64,000 nucleotides of DNA from a virus (IMGVR_UViG_3300007171_000004:96001-160000); one strand, 5' to 3'. Positions 37,244-48,769 are shown, numbered from the stretch's first letter. Notes: generated by a model not told the origin, from the sequence alone. Numbers and translations are program-made.

Positions 37244-40200
37244 TTAATCCATGAATTTAAGGTCTTCTTCACCCAAGTCAAGTTGTACCGCAAAATCGTT
37301 TACAATCGCTGGTGTTAAGCCTACAGATACAAATAGAATTCCAAACCTAATCTTTGATGCTGGTTCAGAAATTTCAAAGACTTTATTTGGTTCGATGATG
37401 GTATAACTATTGAAATCAAATGAAGCTACAGCATCACTGTTTGTAGTATATCCATATACTATTCTTCCACCATTTGGTATCTCATTACTTGTTAAAAGAC
37501 CTCTTCTAAATTCAGGAGATACTGTCGATAAAGATTCAACACTTGTATCAAATAATTTAGTAAAGAAATAAGATGAATTTGCAGCAATATAAGAAAAACT
37601 TACACCTCTCAATATTGGAGTAGAATTTGGAGAAGATGATACTAATTCTGCCTTAAATTGCATCCATTTACCTGTGATTGTCGAAATATCATAAGTGCCA
37701 ATATGAACACCTGCATTGGCACTATTGCCAATAGTTCCGTAAGAATATGGATCTCCCCAATCAGTAGAGAGTAATCCGCTCTCTGTATCAGAACTCCTCA
37801 AGTAAATTCTAATTTCTGTACCATAATCTAAGCCTGAATCTATTGCCAAGCCAGCTGGTGTCGTAGTATATACTACTAAATCATCCCATCTTGTTAATGT
37901 GGAAATATAAAATGGCTCTGTTGTGTAAAAACCTGATACTGAAATTTTTCTATCTGGCGCATATAAAGGTGAAATATCTTTTGAAACAAATGTTGCTTTA
38001 AGATTCTTGTCAGTACCAACTTGATAAATTTTTCCTTGAGAAATTGAAATTGTTGTAGTTCCTGTTGTAACTGTCGGGTTGCCTAGCTTAATATTGTCAT
38101 AGATATATATATTTTTTTCATATTGATTATTATTTAAATTGACTAAGCTAGGATTTGATGAATGATAATTTCCAGCCAAATCTTTCAATCTAACAAAAAC
38201 TTCTTTGCTTGAACCAGTTACTGAGGAAGAATCGAATTCATAGACGAATCCATCTTTAAATGTCGCATATGTATTTGTTGAGAATCTAAAGATATCTGAA
38301 GCTGAATTTCTTCTAAATAAATTAGTATTTGGGATTACAACATATGTACTTCCATTTGATAGCTTCCATGCTAATTCAATAGAAGGAGTTGAAACTGTAT
38401 CCACGAATCCAATAATTTTAATTTTTGTTAATTTAGTACTTATTAAAGATTTAGTAAAAACAGTGTTACTTACTACAGTTTTATTTGTCCAAGAATCTGC
38501 TACTAAAATATCATCCAAATAAACTCTAGCTCCAATATTTGTAGCCAATCTAAAATCATAAGAATCAGATTGATCAGATTTGATATAACCTTCAATTGTG
38601 ATATTATAATATGAAGTAGATGATAATGGGTTAGTATCTAGATTTGTAAAATTAATATTGTTTGCAAAAACAGAAATTTTTTGAATATAGTTATCAAAAA
38701 GCTTATATGAATCTAGTGTAGAAGATCGATATGTAATATCAATACCATTATTATTAGAATCTGGATATGCAACAGAACTAAAAGATTTATCAGATAACTT
38801 GTAACCAATAGCTTCTTTATCCGCAGTAAACCATACATATCCGCCAGTTAAATCGTCATTAATTCCGTAAAAATACCCATTATCAGTTTCATACAATCTG
38901 CTCCAAGAGACTGGTTTGTTATTAGTGTCAAATGATAATGAATAAATATCTCCAGTTCTAAATCCTGCAAAAACTAGATTAGCTGCCGAAGAATAATATA
39001 AAACATCAATTTGATCATAATCAGACTGAAGAGCTAAAGACCAATCTCTGTTATCAAATTTATAAACAGCTGCATCTCCGAACCCATCTTTTCCACTTAA
39101 ACCAACATATAAATTTGCATAAGCAGCTGTTAAAGTAGAAACTTCTAACTCGACAAATTCTTTTCTTTTATCAATAGAAGTTCCACTCCATGAATACACA
39201 GCAGCCTTAAAGGTTTGATTTGAACGTGTACCTATCCAAAGCATGCCCCTATATGAAGCTAAAGATGTAATAGGAAGAGTATATATTGGTGTTGAGTCCA
39301 AGGAAGACACTGGTGGATTGATATATGCCCATGAAGTTCCTGATGCTGATTCATAAACAAGACCATTATTTGTTCCAGCATATAGCTTGCCATTATGATT
39401 TACCAAACTTGTAATTTCAACGTTTGCAGCTAATGTTAATACAGTTGATAAAACATCGCTTGAATAATTATAAATTTTATTATTTGCAACAGATACAATT
39501 TTAGATCCAAAAGCCAAAGATTTAGTAAAGGGACTATCAGATGATGTAGCTTTTTCTGTCCAAATTCTAGGAGTATTAGAAAGTAACCAATCAAAAGTTG
39601 AAATGCCTTCTTCAAAGCTTACCCAACCCTCAAGATCAGCAGATGGAAAATCTGTTACATCTCTAAAGTCTGAATAATGAGATGCTTGAAAACTTGAAAT
39701 TCCAGAGAGATCATCATATCCTGAAATTGTAATCTTTCCTAAATTAGAACCTGCATAATAATCGCCTCTATATGAAATTCTAACATTTGAAATTTGAACA
39801 GGATCTTTAAACGTATACTTCAAAAAATCATAAGAGTATGGATCAGCAATAGTTCTATAAACGGATAACCAATCAGAATCTGGAGTCAATTTAACTTCCA
39901 CAGAATATTGCTTAGGTGTCGATGCTGTTGCTCCAATAATCATAGACGCAACTGAAGGATATGTAGCAACGCCTTGACTAGAAACTGAAATTGGATCAAA
40001 AGATTTGTTTAAATATTGAACTCCACCATAACCAATAATTTCATAAGAACTTTCATTTTCAGAACCACCAAAATTATTAGCAACTCTAATTGGATTATCT
40101 AACATATCATAAGCAACTGTAGTATCAGACAAGGAAGATGAATTTTCTCCTTCTAAAATGTAGTATGCTCTACCAGAACTTTTTTGCCATGTAAGGTTAT

Positions 40201-40909
40201 CAGAAGAATATGCAAAATTATTATTAGAATCTGTTTGAGAAGCTATGTAAATACTAGCGTTATCTGAAGTCGGAGGAAATACTTCAATTTCAATTACAAA
40301 CCAATATTTAGTTGATTGAGACAGAGTATATACTACATCAAATTTATAATCTGCCAAAGTGTCTGTCAGAGTCGCAAATGTAAATGAAGAAGATGATGTT
40401 GCAATAATACTACTTGGATTACCGGCACTATCAGAGTAAATGTAAAACTTAAATCCATTTGCAGTGTTAGAAATTGTGCCGCTTTTCTTTAACTTTACTG
40501 TTACAGATTTAATTTCTTGCTCTATATTTGGTGTATAACTCCAGGCTTCATATCTCTTAGTTAAAGTTCTTACATTAGTGGTTGTGTTGTCGGAAGATGA
40601 AGAAGAAGCAAATGCAGAAAATTGATGTACGAATATACCACCAGAATCTTCATTTTGATTAATAATAACATATCCTTGGGGAGCTTTGGTATCAAGAAAA
40701 ACGCTAGCTTTAGGATATGTGTATGCTTTCTCAAGAACTTCGCATTTTGGAAGTGCAGATGGAGAGTCTATCCAACTATAAATATCAAAAAAGTTGCTTG
40801 GTTGAACAGTTAATGTAGATACTTCATTTATCTCAGGTGTAGAAGTAATATTTACATCTTTAGCTTTTTTGGACTTTCTGGTTTTCTTATCTTGAGACAT
40901 ATTAGACAA
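37244..40909 (-). CDS. Large virion protein (1221 aa) with beta-propeller and PA14 domain
   Basis: ITSL..HNGKLYAGT / ITSLASYRGMLWIGT propeller blades. PA14-like IEGYIK.....YDFRL....GARVYLDD...IELAWK. VFVRLKDLAGN Ig-like strand. Confidence 0.7.
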   Translation of the reverse strand: MSNMSQDKKTRKSKKAKDVNITSTPEINEVSTLTVQPSNFFDIYSWIDSPSALPKCEVLEKAYTYPKASVFLDTKAPQGYVIINQNEDSGGIFVHQFSAFASSSSSDNTTTNVRTLTKRYEAWSYTPNIEQEIKSVTVKLKKSGTISNTANGFKFYIYSDSAGNPSSIIATSSSSFTFATLTDTLADYKFDVVYTLSQSTKYWFVIEIEVFPPTSDNASIYIASQTDSNNNFAYSSDNLTWQKSSGRAYYILEGENSSSLSDTTVAYDMLDNPIRVANNFGGSENESSYEIIGYGGVQYLNKSFDPISVSSQGVATYPSVASMIIGATASTPKQYSVEVKLTPDSDWLSVYRTIADPYSYDFLKYTFKDPVQISNVRISYRGDYYAGSNLGKITISGYDDLSGISSFQASHYSDFRDVTDFPSADLEGWVSFEEGISTFDWLLSNTPRIWTEKATSSDSPFTKSLAFGSKIVSVANNKIYNYSSDVLSTVLTLAANVEITSLVNHNGKLYAGTNNGLVYESASGTSWAYINPPVSSLDSTPIYTLPITSLASYRGMLWIGTRSNQTFKAAVYSWSGTSIDKRKEFVELEVSTLTAAYANLYVGLSGKDGFGDAAVYKFDNRDWSLALQSDYDQIDVLYYSSAANLVFAGFRTGDIYSLSFDTNNKPVSWSRLYETDNGYFYGINDDLTGGYVWFTADKEAIGYKLSDKSFSSVAYPDSNNNGIDITYRSSTLDSYKLFDNYIQKISVFANNINFTNLDTNPLSSTSYYNITIEGYIKSDQSDSYDFRLATNIGARVYLDDILVADSWTNKTVVSNTVFTKSLISTKLTKIKIIGFVDTVSTPSIELAWKLSNGSTYVVIPNTNLFRRNSASDIFRFSTNTYATFKDGFVYEFDSSSVTGSSKEVFVRLKDLAGNYHSSNPSLVNLNNNQYEKNIYIYDNIKLGNPTVTTGTTTISISQGKIYQVGTDKNLKATFVSKDISPLYAPDRKISVSGFYTTEPFYISTLTRWDDLVVYTTTPAGLAIDSGLDYGTEIRIYLRSSDTESGLLSTDWGDPYSYGTIGNSANAGVHIGTYDISTITGKWMQFKAELVSSSPNSTPILRGVSFSYIAANSSYFFTKLFDTSVESLSTVSPEFRRGLLTSNEIPNGGRIVYGYTTNSDAVASFDFNSYTIIEPNKVFEISEPASKIRFGILFVSVGLTPAIVNDFAVQLDLGEEDLKFMD

Positions 40910-43900
40910 TTATGCTTTCGTATTGACCTGACACAACTAAAATATTATTGTGAGTTATTGCTAATAAAGGTCTGATCATACCCTTGGTGTCATTATTAAT
41001 AATTTCCCTAGCTACAACTCCATCTTCCTGTACCCAAATTTCTTTTTCTGCAATATATTTGAATGTTTTACTCATTCTATCAATTGGATTATCAGATAAT
41101 CTTGTTGTTAATAATCCATCAGTCAAAGCATAAAGAGTACCTAAATGATGCACTAGTTTTTGTACACCGCCAGTAGAAGGGAATCTCCATGTCAAATGGA
41201 AATCATCAATTTTCTTAGTTGATGGAGATAAAGATTCACCATACAAGAAATTTAAATGTCCATAAATAAACTTTGAAGCTGCTTCGTTATAATCAATTTT
41301 ACCTAATTTAATATATTCAGCACTGTTTTTTGATACCAAACAATTAACCTTACTAAATACTGGATTTACATTGCCACCATACCAAATCTTTAAATCTCTA
41401 TTTTCTACACCTATTCTAATAGATGTAGGATTTTGAGTAATAGAATTTGGTAAATCGTTGTCATAAATCATAACATAATCTACGTAGATATTATTAGGCC
41501 TTAGATTCTCTTCAAAATTAGCAAATTCAAAAGCCAAGTAGTTAACTTCGCCATTCCATGATGGAGAGAATTCATAAGTGTAATATTTTGCAGATTTGTT
41601 CTCAAGAGGAACTTCGCAATAATTTAAATCTTGCTTAGAATGGGATGACCAATACATTCTGATTTTTGCTTCTGATGCATTTTCATACAGAGGAGTATTG
41701 TAAACTAATCTCAACTTAATTTTAACTCTAGTTGTTTCATCTACAATCATAGTTTTAGAAGTTGTTAATGATTGAGTAGTAAAATCAGAACTAAATAAAT
41801 CAGTATTGGACCAGAAGATAAATGGGTTTCCATAATTAAAACTGGAATCTAATTGAACATTTAAATACTGCTCATTACCAGCACTAACAGGAGTACCCGC
41901 TTTCTTATTATCTCCAACAGGTACTACATATTTTCCAGCAAACCAATCTTCATTAATTGCTGTAGAATTTGTTGTCTCCCAATAAGGGCCAGTATCTTCT
42001 GTATTGTTATTTGAAAAACTCCAAATCTTGATGATATTTGATTTTTGAATTCCATTAATTGTTGGGTAGTAAGAAATCTCAGAAGTGGTTGTTCCATTTT
42101 CAAGATACATTTTTGTAGAATCGTATCTTAAAGTATAATTATAAAAACCATCTGAAACCTCAATTGCTTGTTTGCCTGTACCAGAGACATGCTGTAGATC
42201 TAAATCAATAGTGTATTTATATTTATCAAAAATAAATGATCCAGTAGCAAATGTATAATCTGCAGCAGGTTGTAAAATCCATAAAGATTTGGTATTTCTA
42301 GTGCCATAATCAACATTAATTGCCCAACCTGCAGTAATATTAGATGCACCTGTGGAAAAAGCCGAATCTCTTACCCAGCTAGTCGAGGAAACTACATATA
42401 GTCCATTTTCATTTGGATTAGTTTGATTTTTAACAAGAACTATATCACCAATGCTTAATAAAATTCCATCAATTGTTTGAGTACCTGATAAAGTAATTAA
42501 CTCTGTAGTTGCAACCTTAGCATTATATGGATTAGTGTAAATTGGCTTCAAAGAATTACATAAATATTCCCAGTCACTTCCAGAATCAAAAGAAAATAAT
42601 GCTGTTGAAGAAGATGTAGTGTCTAAAGCAATATAATTTCTAATAGATCCAATATAATTATCATCTATAATTGGACTATAAGATAATGCAGAAGAAGATC
42701 TTTGTGTAGAATTTCCTAAATAACTTGTTGAAGAGCTAAAATAATATTGAGCAGGATAAGGATCTCTAGCAAAAACTTCATCAAACTCAACTTGCATCCA
42801 TTTATCAACATTAGATGGATTTAATACACTTGTCTCAACATAACTATAAATTTCAGGTCTTCCATCTAAACCAGCTAAAACTTGATTATCAGATGCAGCT
42901 AAAGCCCTAACTGCTGGCAATGATGTTTCACTTAATCCTAAGTTTTGATTAATTAATAAAGTGCTAGTAACTAACTCTGATTCGAGTCCTAATTCATTAA
43001 TAAATCTTTCATATCTGACCATTTTAGAAGATCTACAGCCAACAAATATTTTATTGAATGCAGAAACTAATGACATTGCACCACCAGAAGTTAATGCTAA
43101 ATCTCCTGTGTTGCCAACCTGTAACCAAGAAGCATTACTTGAAATTTCAGTAAGTTTTGATCTAAATAATCTTGGTTTTTTGTCAGTAGAAACATAAACA
43201 TAATACTCAGATTCATGTAAATACTGATGAATTAAAATTGATGTAATGGGCAAAGCAATACCATCAAAAGCTGTAAATATTGGTCCTGTTAACTTACTAC
43301 CATCATATAAATAAACTGAGCCTTTACTTGTGCCTAAAATAATCCCATTTGCATATGATTTGACAGCTGTGATACAAATTTCTCCATAATGCCCAAGATC
43401 TAAAGCTTTTTTGAATACATTGTCATCCCACGAATAAAGAATAGCGGAGTTCCTTGTAACTGTACATGTAATTTGCACTCCTAAAGGTATCGCTGAAGCA
43501 AATACAATGAGTCCAGAAGATGGATCAACTACATAAGAAAGTGCAGTTCCATTAATAACAATAGTATCGTTTGTTCTAGCTGATAAAATTCTTCCTGTAG
43601 TATTAGACTTGATATAAAATGCAGTTCTAGCTACATAATTACCATTAGTAGATTCAATTAAACTCATATTCAAATACTGAGTTTGTTTAGTACCTCCGAA
43701 GAATAAGGTTTCAGAATACACTCCTGTTTTTTGCCAAGAATCTGCACTTACGAAAACAATTCCTCTTGAACTAGCTTCATATAGTTTACTCCAGATATTT
43801 TCCTGAAGAGATATATTATTTCCATAGTCTCTTAATTGAAATTGCAAACTCTTTCTACCATCACCGGAAGATAATGAAAAATTATTAATATTCTTATATG

Positions 43901-46900
43901 AATTCCAATTTGACCAAGAAGTATATCCATTTGAATTTACTGTGCGATATCTGAAATCTTTAATCCCTGAAACTCTATCATTTGCAGTAAATTTAACAGT
44001 TGATTTTAAAGAATTTACATAACTTAAATCTAGATTATTTGATGTGTCATAGAAATTTGCATTTCCAGTTGGAGGTGTGGTGTCAACAATTGCCTGACCT
44101 TGAGCAAATACAGTCAACGGGAATGATTCAGAAATATTTCCCATAAAATCAATTACTTGTGCCCAGATTTTTCTAGCACCAATCATTCCAGCATTCATGT
44201 TAGAAGTTACTGATTCAGAAATACCAAAATTATTAGTAGAGCTAGATCCATATAAATAAACTACATACTGAGCACTACCAGACTGATCAAATTGTTCCCA
44301 GGATTGCCAAGGAGTATAAGAAACATTTCCATAGTCAGTTTCTTTGCCAAATCTAAATGCTAACACACCTGAAGAAGAATCATTTGCTTTAATTCTTACC
44401 GTAGCAGTTCTTACCGTAGTTTTATCAACAAATTCAATTACAGGTTTATTATTAACAAAAGCTGGTGGAGTAATATCAACTTTTAACGAATCAGAAAGTA
44501 TTGATGCAGACGAGCTAATATTTGCATGTGACAAAGCTCTTACTCTACCTGTCAAATACAAATTATCTCTTTTGTTTCTTTCTCTTAATACTGCTTTAGA
44601 ATAAACCTTAAACCATAATCTAGGTGCTAAATTCCATCCAGCAAAATCTCCAGTTGAAATAACTTCAGATTCTGTAGTTTCTTTAGAATTTGAAGTGCCT
44701 AGTGTAAGACCCATAGGAAGTCTAATTGCAACCCAAACTTTTTCATTTGCAGTTATATTTAAAGGTCTTGATTCTGTTGGTAATGGACTTTCAGGATTAG
44801 TTACCGGAATTTCATCTAATACAAAAGCTCCAACACTATATGTTCCATAACTAAGAATCTTTTGAATCAAATCATTATAAGCTGCTGAAACACCACTTGT
44901 CAATAATGGTGCAAGATCGTAAGTAAACCAATCTGTTTTAGAAGATCCAATTTCTTCATTATTATTTGAAAAGAATCTAAATTTTACATTAATAGATTCA
45001 GATGGTAAAGCTCTAGATGTCCATAATGCTTTAATTTCAAGTAATGTTGGATTGATAGCTGAATAAAAGGAAGATAAAGATCCAAATGTGATTTTCTTGG
45101 TAAATACTGTTGATTTATAATGATAATATTCTTGATTAGAATAATTATCTGGATAATCTAAATACCAATATGTCTTACCATTTACGTTTCCATTTAAGAT
45201 TGCATAAGGTTGATATCTAGATGCTGCTGTTGACGAATCTAAAACCCAAGAGCCATTAAGTCCACTTCCAGGATTAATGACTTTATAAATTCCATTTTGA
45301 TATTTGTCGAGCTGGTCTTTAACTAAAACTAAATCTCCTGAAGACAATGTATATCCATCAAGAACAGAAGGTGCTGCTAAAATATTTATATTTATGCCGT
45401 TTGTAGTAGCTTTGATAGAAATAGCAGATAATTCAGTATATGGAATCTTATAATCCCATCCTTGGAAATCTGTACTACCTGCTAATAAAAATTGTCCAAG
45501 CCATGGTTTAATTTGTCCACTTCCAGTATCTGATTTTAAAAAGTGTCTGATAGTTGAATTATTTAAACTATCATCAGAAATTAATCTAGGCAAACCATAT
45601 ACACTGAAATTATTAACAATAGAACTTCCTGAGCCAAATGTAGAACCAACAAATCCAGTAGCTATATAATATCCCAAACCATTCTTATAAGTCCAAATTT
45701 TGTTCGATAAAAGAATAGATCCTTTAATTTCATTGTTTCTTTTTAAGATAATCCATGTACCATCAGCATTTGACTTATTTAATTGCCCCTTATAACCTAC
45801 TGGATGTTCGTCAGTGATATAAATAGCATAATCATCTATATCGTTAGGGTTATACTTACATAAAACTTGAGAGGTTGAAACATTGGAATAAATTCTCTCA
45901 ACTAATAAAACTTGAGAATTTTTAGCATCAAAGAAAACAGCAACTGTAGTAGTATTAATTGGTTCATGAGTAGGAACATAATCAGGAAGACATCTTGTAA
46001 TCATTGGTCTTAAAAGAGTACTATCAGATGCATTAACTGTTGGATCAGTGCTAAAAACTACATAATAAGTATCTGAATTATGGTCTATATTTGTATATAC
46101 TACAGCTCTTGAAGACATAGTAGGCTTATTTAATTGATACTCTACAATTTCAGAAGAATTTAACTTATTAACTGTAAGTCCTGTAGCTAAAGTCACTGGT
46201 GAACTTGAACCAATCAAAGGCTCAGAATAAAGAGTCCACTCATTTTTGATATTAACTGAATTGACCCAGCTAGTAACATTGACAGTTGGAAAATTTACTG
46301 GATGTTTATCATCAACTTTACAGTCGCCCAAGTCTGCATTAAGATAAGCATTACCCTTGACTAATGCAATTTCACTAATCGTTACAGTACCATCGTGAGC
46401 ATTTATAGAAGCCCCGTAACCACATTTAATCGTATCAACTGTAAATTCTGGAATCAAAGATGAAGCCAATAAATAACTTTGATTATCAGTGGCTGTCCAA
46501 TAAAATTCAACAATATATTGATCATCTGTAGTTTTAGAAAGATAAGATTCAAATAAACCACCTTGAAGAATCAAATCTCTGAGGTGAAGTGGTAGATTTG
46601 TAGTTTGATTTTCTACAGAATCGACTCCATTTACAACTTTATATAATTTTGCAACCGGATAAGCATTAGGAGAAGATGTAATTGAACATACAATTTCCTG
46701 AGAAGAGCCTGGGTTTGAAGCTAAATCTAAATAATGAAGTTTTGCAAAGATTTTATATTCAGCTGCAGTATTTGATACACTTAAATTAATCTTAGATTGG
46801 GACAAAATTGAAAGGTCAGAACCTACTAAAGAAAAACCATTATTACCATAGAAAAATACACCTCTTCTTGATGAGTTGAGAGCAATAGAAGTTCCTAAAG

Positions 46901-47741
46901 TTAATGATTCTGAAGTGTATGTAGTTGCAGCGTAGTTAATTTTATAGCTTGTTGTTGGAAGGTTTGTACCAGCAACATTATTGACCATAGATCTAAAATT
47001 ACCAGAAGTATTATTTGAACGTGTCGTGAGTAAATTCAAAACCCCTGTGTCATAAGAAATTTCAAAAATATCACCAATATACGAGCTAACTCCAGATCCA
47101 TAAATGCCAGTTGAAGATTCTGAGCTTGATCTAAAGTGAAATAAAGATTGAGCACCTGTAAATCCAGTTTTATTAGTATCTGCAATCAGTCTTCCTGGAG
47201 TAGATGGTAATTCTCCTTCCCAAGAAATTTGATCATATATGGCATAGCCTTCTGGATAACTAGCTTGTTCGCCAGAAGTTGATTGAACTAAAGCTTTGAT
47301 ATAAACTGTTGACAATCCACCTGTAGCAGATAATGGCCAGTTATTGATTACATAAAGACCTGTTCCAGCAGCAGTTGTCCTTGAAGTCTCTATAGTTGAA
47401 CTAGAGTTGAAAAAATATAATGAATTTAAATTTAATGTATAGTCAGTACTTGAAGAATAATTTCCTGCGCTTGGCCAGTTTTCAATTTTAATAGTTGACT
47501 GATTACTGAATTCTGGGTCGTTGGAGATTTCTAAGCTAACAATTTTTTGAAGTGCAACTGGTTCTCTATTAACAGTATCTAAAAGCTCAAATTTTAATGT
47601 AATTGTATGATTATTAGCATCTAAAGCAGAAGTTAACGCAGGTTTATTTGTGTTGTAAACTGCACCTGAATCTAAAAAATTTGAACGTAAATATGTGCTT
47701 CTCAGATTATCTGGAAGAACTAATTGAGCTTTAATTGGCAT
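40902..47741 (-). CDS. Giant virion/fibre protein (2279 aa) with Ig-like repeats, propeller blades and two tail-fibre ATT..DG..GD.VLVK modules
   Basis: IWAQVIDFMGNIS and LQFQLRDYGNNIS Ig repeats, DITPP/DTTPP linkers, KVATT..ITLSGTQTIDG...GDIVLVKNQ. AGGA RBS. Confidence 0.7.
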   Translation of the reverse strand: MPIKAQLVLPDNLRSTYLRSNFLDSGAVYNTNKPALTSALDANNHTITLKFELLDTVNREPVALQKIVSLEISNDPEFSNQSTIKIENWPSAGNYSSSTDYTLNLNSLYFFNSSSTIETSRTTAAGTGLYVINNWPLSATGGLSTVYIKALVQSTSGEQASYPEGYAIYDQISWEGELPSTPGRLIADTNKTGFTGAQSLFHFRSSSESSTGIYGSGVSSYIGDIFEISYDTGVLNLLTTRSNNTSGNFRSMVNNVAGTNLPTTSYKINYAATTYTSESLTLGTSIALNSSRRGVFFYGNNGFSLVGSDLSILSQSKINLSVSNTAAEYKIFAKLHYLDLASNPGSSQEIVCSITSSPNAYPVAKLYKVVNGVDSVENQTTNLPLHLRDLILQGGLFESYLSKTTDDQYIVEFYWTATDNQSYLLASSLIPEFTVDTIKCGYGASINAHDGTVTISEIALVKGNAYLNADLGDCKVDDKHPVNFPTVNVTSWVNSVNIKNEWTLYSEPLIGSSSPVTLATGLTVNKLNSSEIVEYQLNKPTMSSRAVVYTNIDHNSDTYYVVFSTDPTVNASDSTLLRPMITRCLPDYVPTHEPINTTTVAVFFDAKNSQVLLVERIYSNVSTSQVLCKYNPNDIDDYAIYITDEHPVGYKGQLNKSNADGTWIILKRNNEIKGSILLSNKIWTYKNGLGYYIATGFVGSTFGSGSSIVNNFSVYGLPRLISDDSLNNSTIRHFLKSDTGSGQIKPWLGQFLLAGSTDFQGWDYKIPYTELSAISIKATTNGININILAAPSVLDGYTLSSGDLVLVKDQLDKYQNGIYKVINPGSGLNGSWVLDSSTAASRYQPYAILNGNVNGKTYWYLDYPDNYSNQEYYHYKSTVFTKKITFGSLSSFYSAINPTLLEIKALWTSRALPSESINVKFRFFSNNNEEIGSSKTDWFTYDLAPLLTSGVSAAYNDLIQKILSYGTYSVGAFVLDEIPVTNPESPLPTESRPLNITANEKVWVAIRLPMGLTLGTSNSKETTESEVISTGDFAGWNLAPRLWFKVYSKAVLRERNKRDNLYLTGRVRALSHANISSSASILSDSLKVDITPPAFVNNKPVIEFVDKTTVRTATVRIKANDSSSGVLAFRFGKETDYGNVSYTPWQSWEQFDQSGSAQYVVYLYGSSSTNNFGISESVTSNMNAGMIGARKIWAQVIDFMGNISESFPLTVFAQGQAIVDTTPPTGNANFYDTSNNLDLSYVNSLKSTVKFTANDRVSGIKDFRYRTVNSNGYTSWSNWNSYKNINNFSLSSGDGRKSLQFQLRDYGNNISLQENIWSKLYEASSRGIVFVSADSWQKTGVYSETLFFGGTKQTQYLNMSLIESTNGNYVARTAFYIKSNTTGRILSARTNDTIVINGTALSYVVDPSSGLIVFASAIPLGVQITCTVTRNSAILYSWDDNVFKKALDLGHYGEICITAVKSYANGIILGTSKGSVYLYDGSKLTGPIFTAFDGIALPITSILIHQYLHESEYYVYVSTDKKPRLFRSKLTEISSNASWLQVGNTGDLALTSGGAMSLVSAFNKIFVGCRSSKMVRYERFINELGLESELVTSTLLINQNLGLSETSLPAVRALAASDNQVLAGLDGRPEIYSYVETSVLNPSNVDKWMQVEFDEVFARDPYPAQYYFSSSTSYLGNSTQRSSSALSYSPIIDDNYIGSIRNYIALDTTSSSTALFSFDSGSDWEYLCNSLKPIYTNPYNAKVATTELITLSGTQTIDGILLSIGDIVLVKNQTNPNENGLYVVSSTSWVRDSAFSTGASNITAGWAINVDYGTRNTKSLWILQPAADYTFATGSFIFDKYKYTIDLDLQHVSGTGKQAIEVSDGFYNYTLRYDSTKMYLENGTTTSEISYYPTINGIQKSNIIKIWSFSNNNTEDTGPYWETTNSTAINEDWFAGKYVVPVGDNKKAGTPVSAGNEQYLNVQLDSSFNYGNPFIFWSNTDLFSSDFTTQSLTTSKTMIVDETTRVKIKLRLVYNTPLYENASEAKIRMYWSSHSKQDLNYCEVPLENKSAKYYTYEFSPSWNGEVNYLAFEFANFEENLRPNNIYVDYVMIYDNDLPNSITQNPTSIRIGVENRDLKIWYGGNVNPVFSKVNCLVSKNSAEYIKLGKIDYNEAASKFIYGHLNFLYGESLSPSTKKIDDFHLTWRFPSTGGVQKLVHHLGTLYALTDGLLTTRLSDNPIDRMSKTFKYIAEKEIWVQEDGVVAREIINNDTKGMIRPLLAITHNNILVVSGQYESIIV

Positions 47742-47754
47742 GTTTGATTCCTAA

Positions 47755-47789
47755 AATAGGCAATGAAAAATAGAGATTTCTTGCCTATT
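47755..47789. other. Intergenic inverted repeat (hairpin) upstream of the 2279 aa gene
   Basis: AATAGGCAA (47755-47763) / TTGCCTATT (47781-47789), extendable by GAAA/TTTC. No long T tail. Confidence 0.55.
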
Positions 47790-47814
47790 AATTCCAATTT
47801 TACAAGATTTTTAC

Positions 47815-48768
47815 CTATACGATTCCAAACGATATAGGCATAGATTCTTGAATGATCATTGGGCAGTAAACATCCATTAACATAAATCCATCGACATAAT
47901 TGACTGTATCTTCTTTATGAAAGTCAAAAGAAGCTACATAAATCGACATTGTTGGATTTAAAGCACTATCATGTTCAACAAAATACATTGATAAGCTAAT
48001 TGGATCCTTTACTGTATCCAAGCCCGCTGGGAGAGATAATTTAAGTTTTAAAGCAGACTTTTCGCCTTGAGTAATTGCTGGTTCTACTACTCTATCTGAA
48101 ACTATTTTGAAATAAATTGTTCTTTTGTCAAATCCAATGCCTTCATTAATTGCGTCTAATTCTGCCGTAGTTAAATCAGGACCATGAGTAGGAACAGTTG
48201 AAATTACTGGATTGCCATGTCTAATGTCTCTTGGTCTGCTAAAAGTATTACTGCTAAATTTGTCATAGACACCAATTGCGAATTCAGGATCTCTCTGACC
48301 AACAGAAATATTTAATGGTGAAGTCAATGCAGTAAACGCAGACACAGAAGAAGATTTAAATTCACTTGTTACTTCTTCAAAAATTAATGTAGAAGTAAAT
48401 GACATAAATCTAAGAACCGTTAATCCAGATTTATCAACTTCAATATGTAGATCGTTTCCAATAGCCCTTAAAGATTTATTACCAAAATTGATAACAGAAT
48501 AATTTTCATTAACATTATTGAAAGACGAAATGCTTCTAAAAATAATACCAGCAGCTGAAGATCTAAAATTTTCATTATTGAACGTCAACTTTAGTTTGCT
48601 ATCGTCTTTTTCAATTGTGCATTTGACATCTTCATTAATCAAAAACAATGAAGCATCTGATTCTAACAATGAGAAATTATCTGGCGCACTGATTAATTCT
48701 ATTTCAAATTTATGACCATTATTTTCAATTGTTAATAGTTTTTGATATTTATGAATTTTATATTCCAT
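47815..48768 (-). CDS. Hypothetical protein (317 aa), beta-rich, in the virion gene block
   Basis: Long ORF tightly coupled to the upstream gene. No recognised motif. Confidence 0.6.
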   Translation of the reverse strand: MEYKIHKYQKLLTIENNGHKFEIELISAPDNFSLLESDASLFLINEDVKCTIEKDDSKLKLTFNNENFRSSAAGIIFRSISSFNNVNENYSVINFGNKSLRAIGNDLHIEVDKSGLTVLRFMSFTSTLIFEEVTSEFKSSSVSAFTALTSPLNISVGQRDPEFAIGVYDKFSSNTFSRPRDIRHGNPVISTVPTHGPDLTTAELDAINEGIGFDKRTIYFKIVSDRVVEPAITQGEKSALKLKLSLPAGLDTVKDPISLSMYFVEHDSALNPTMSIYVASFDFHKEDTVNYVDGFMLMDVYCPMIIQESMPISFGIV

Positions 48769-48769
48769 T

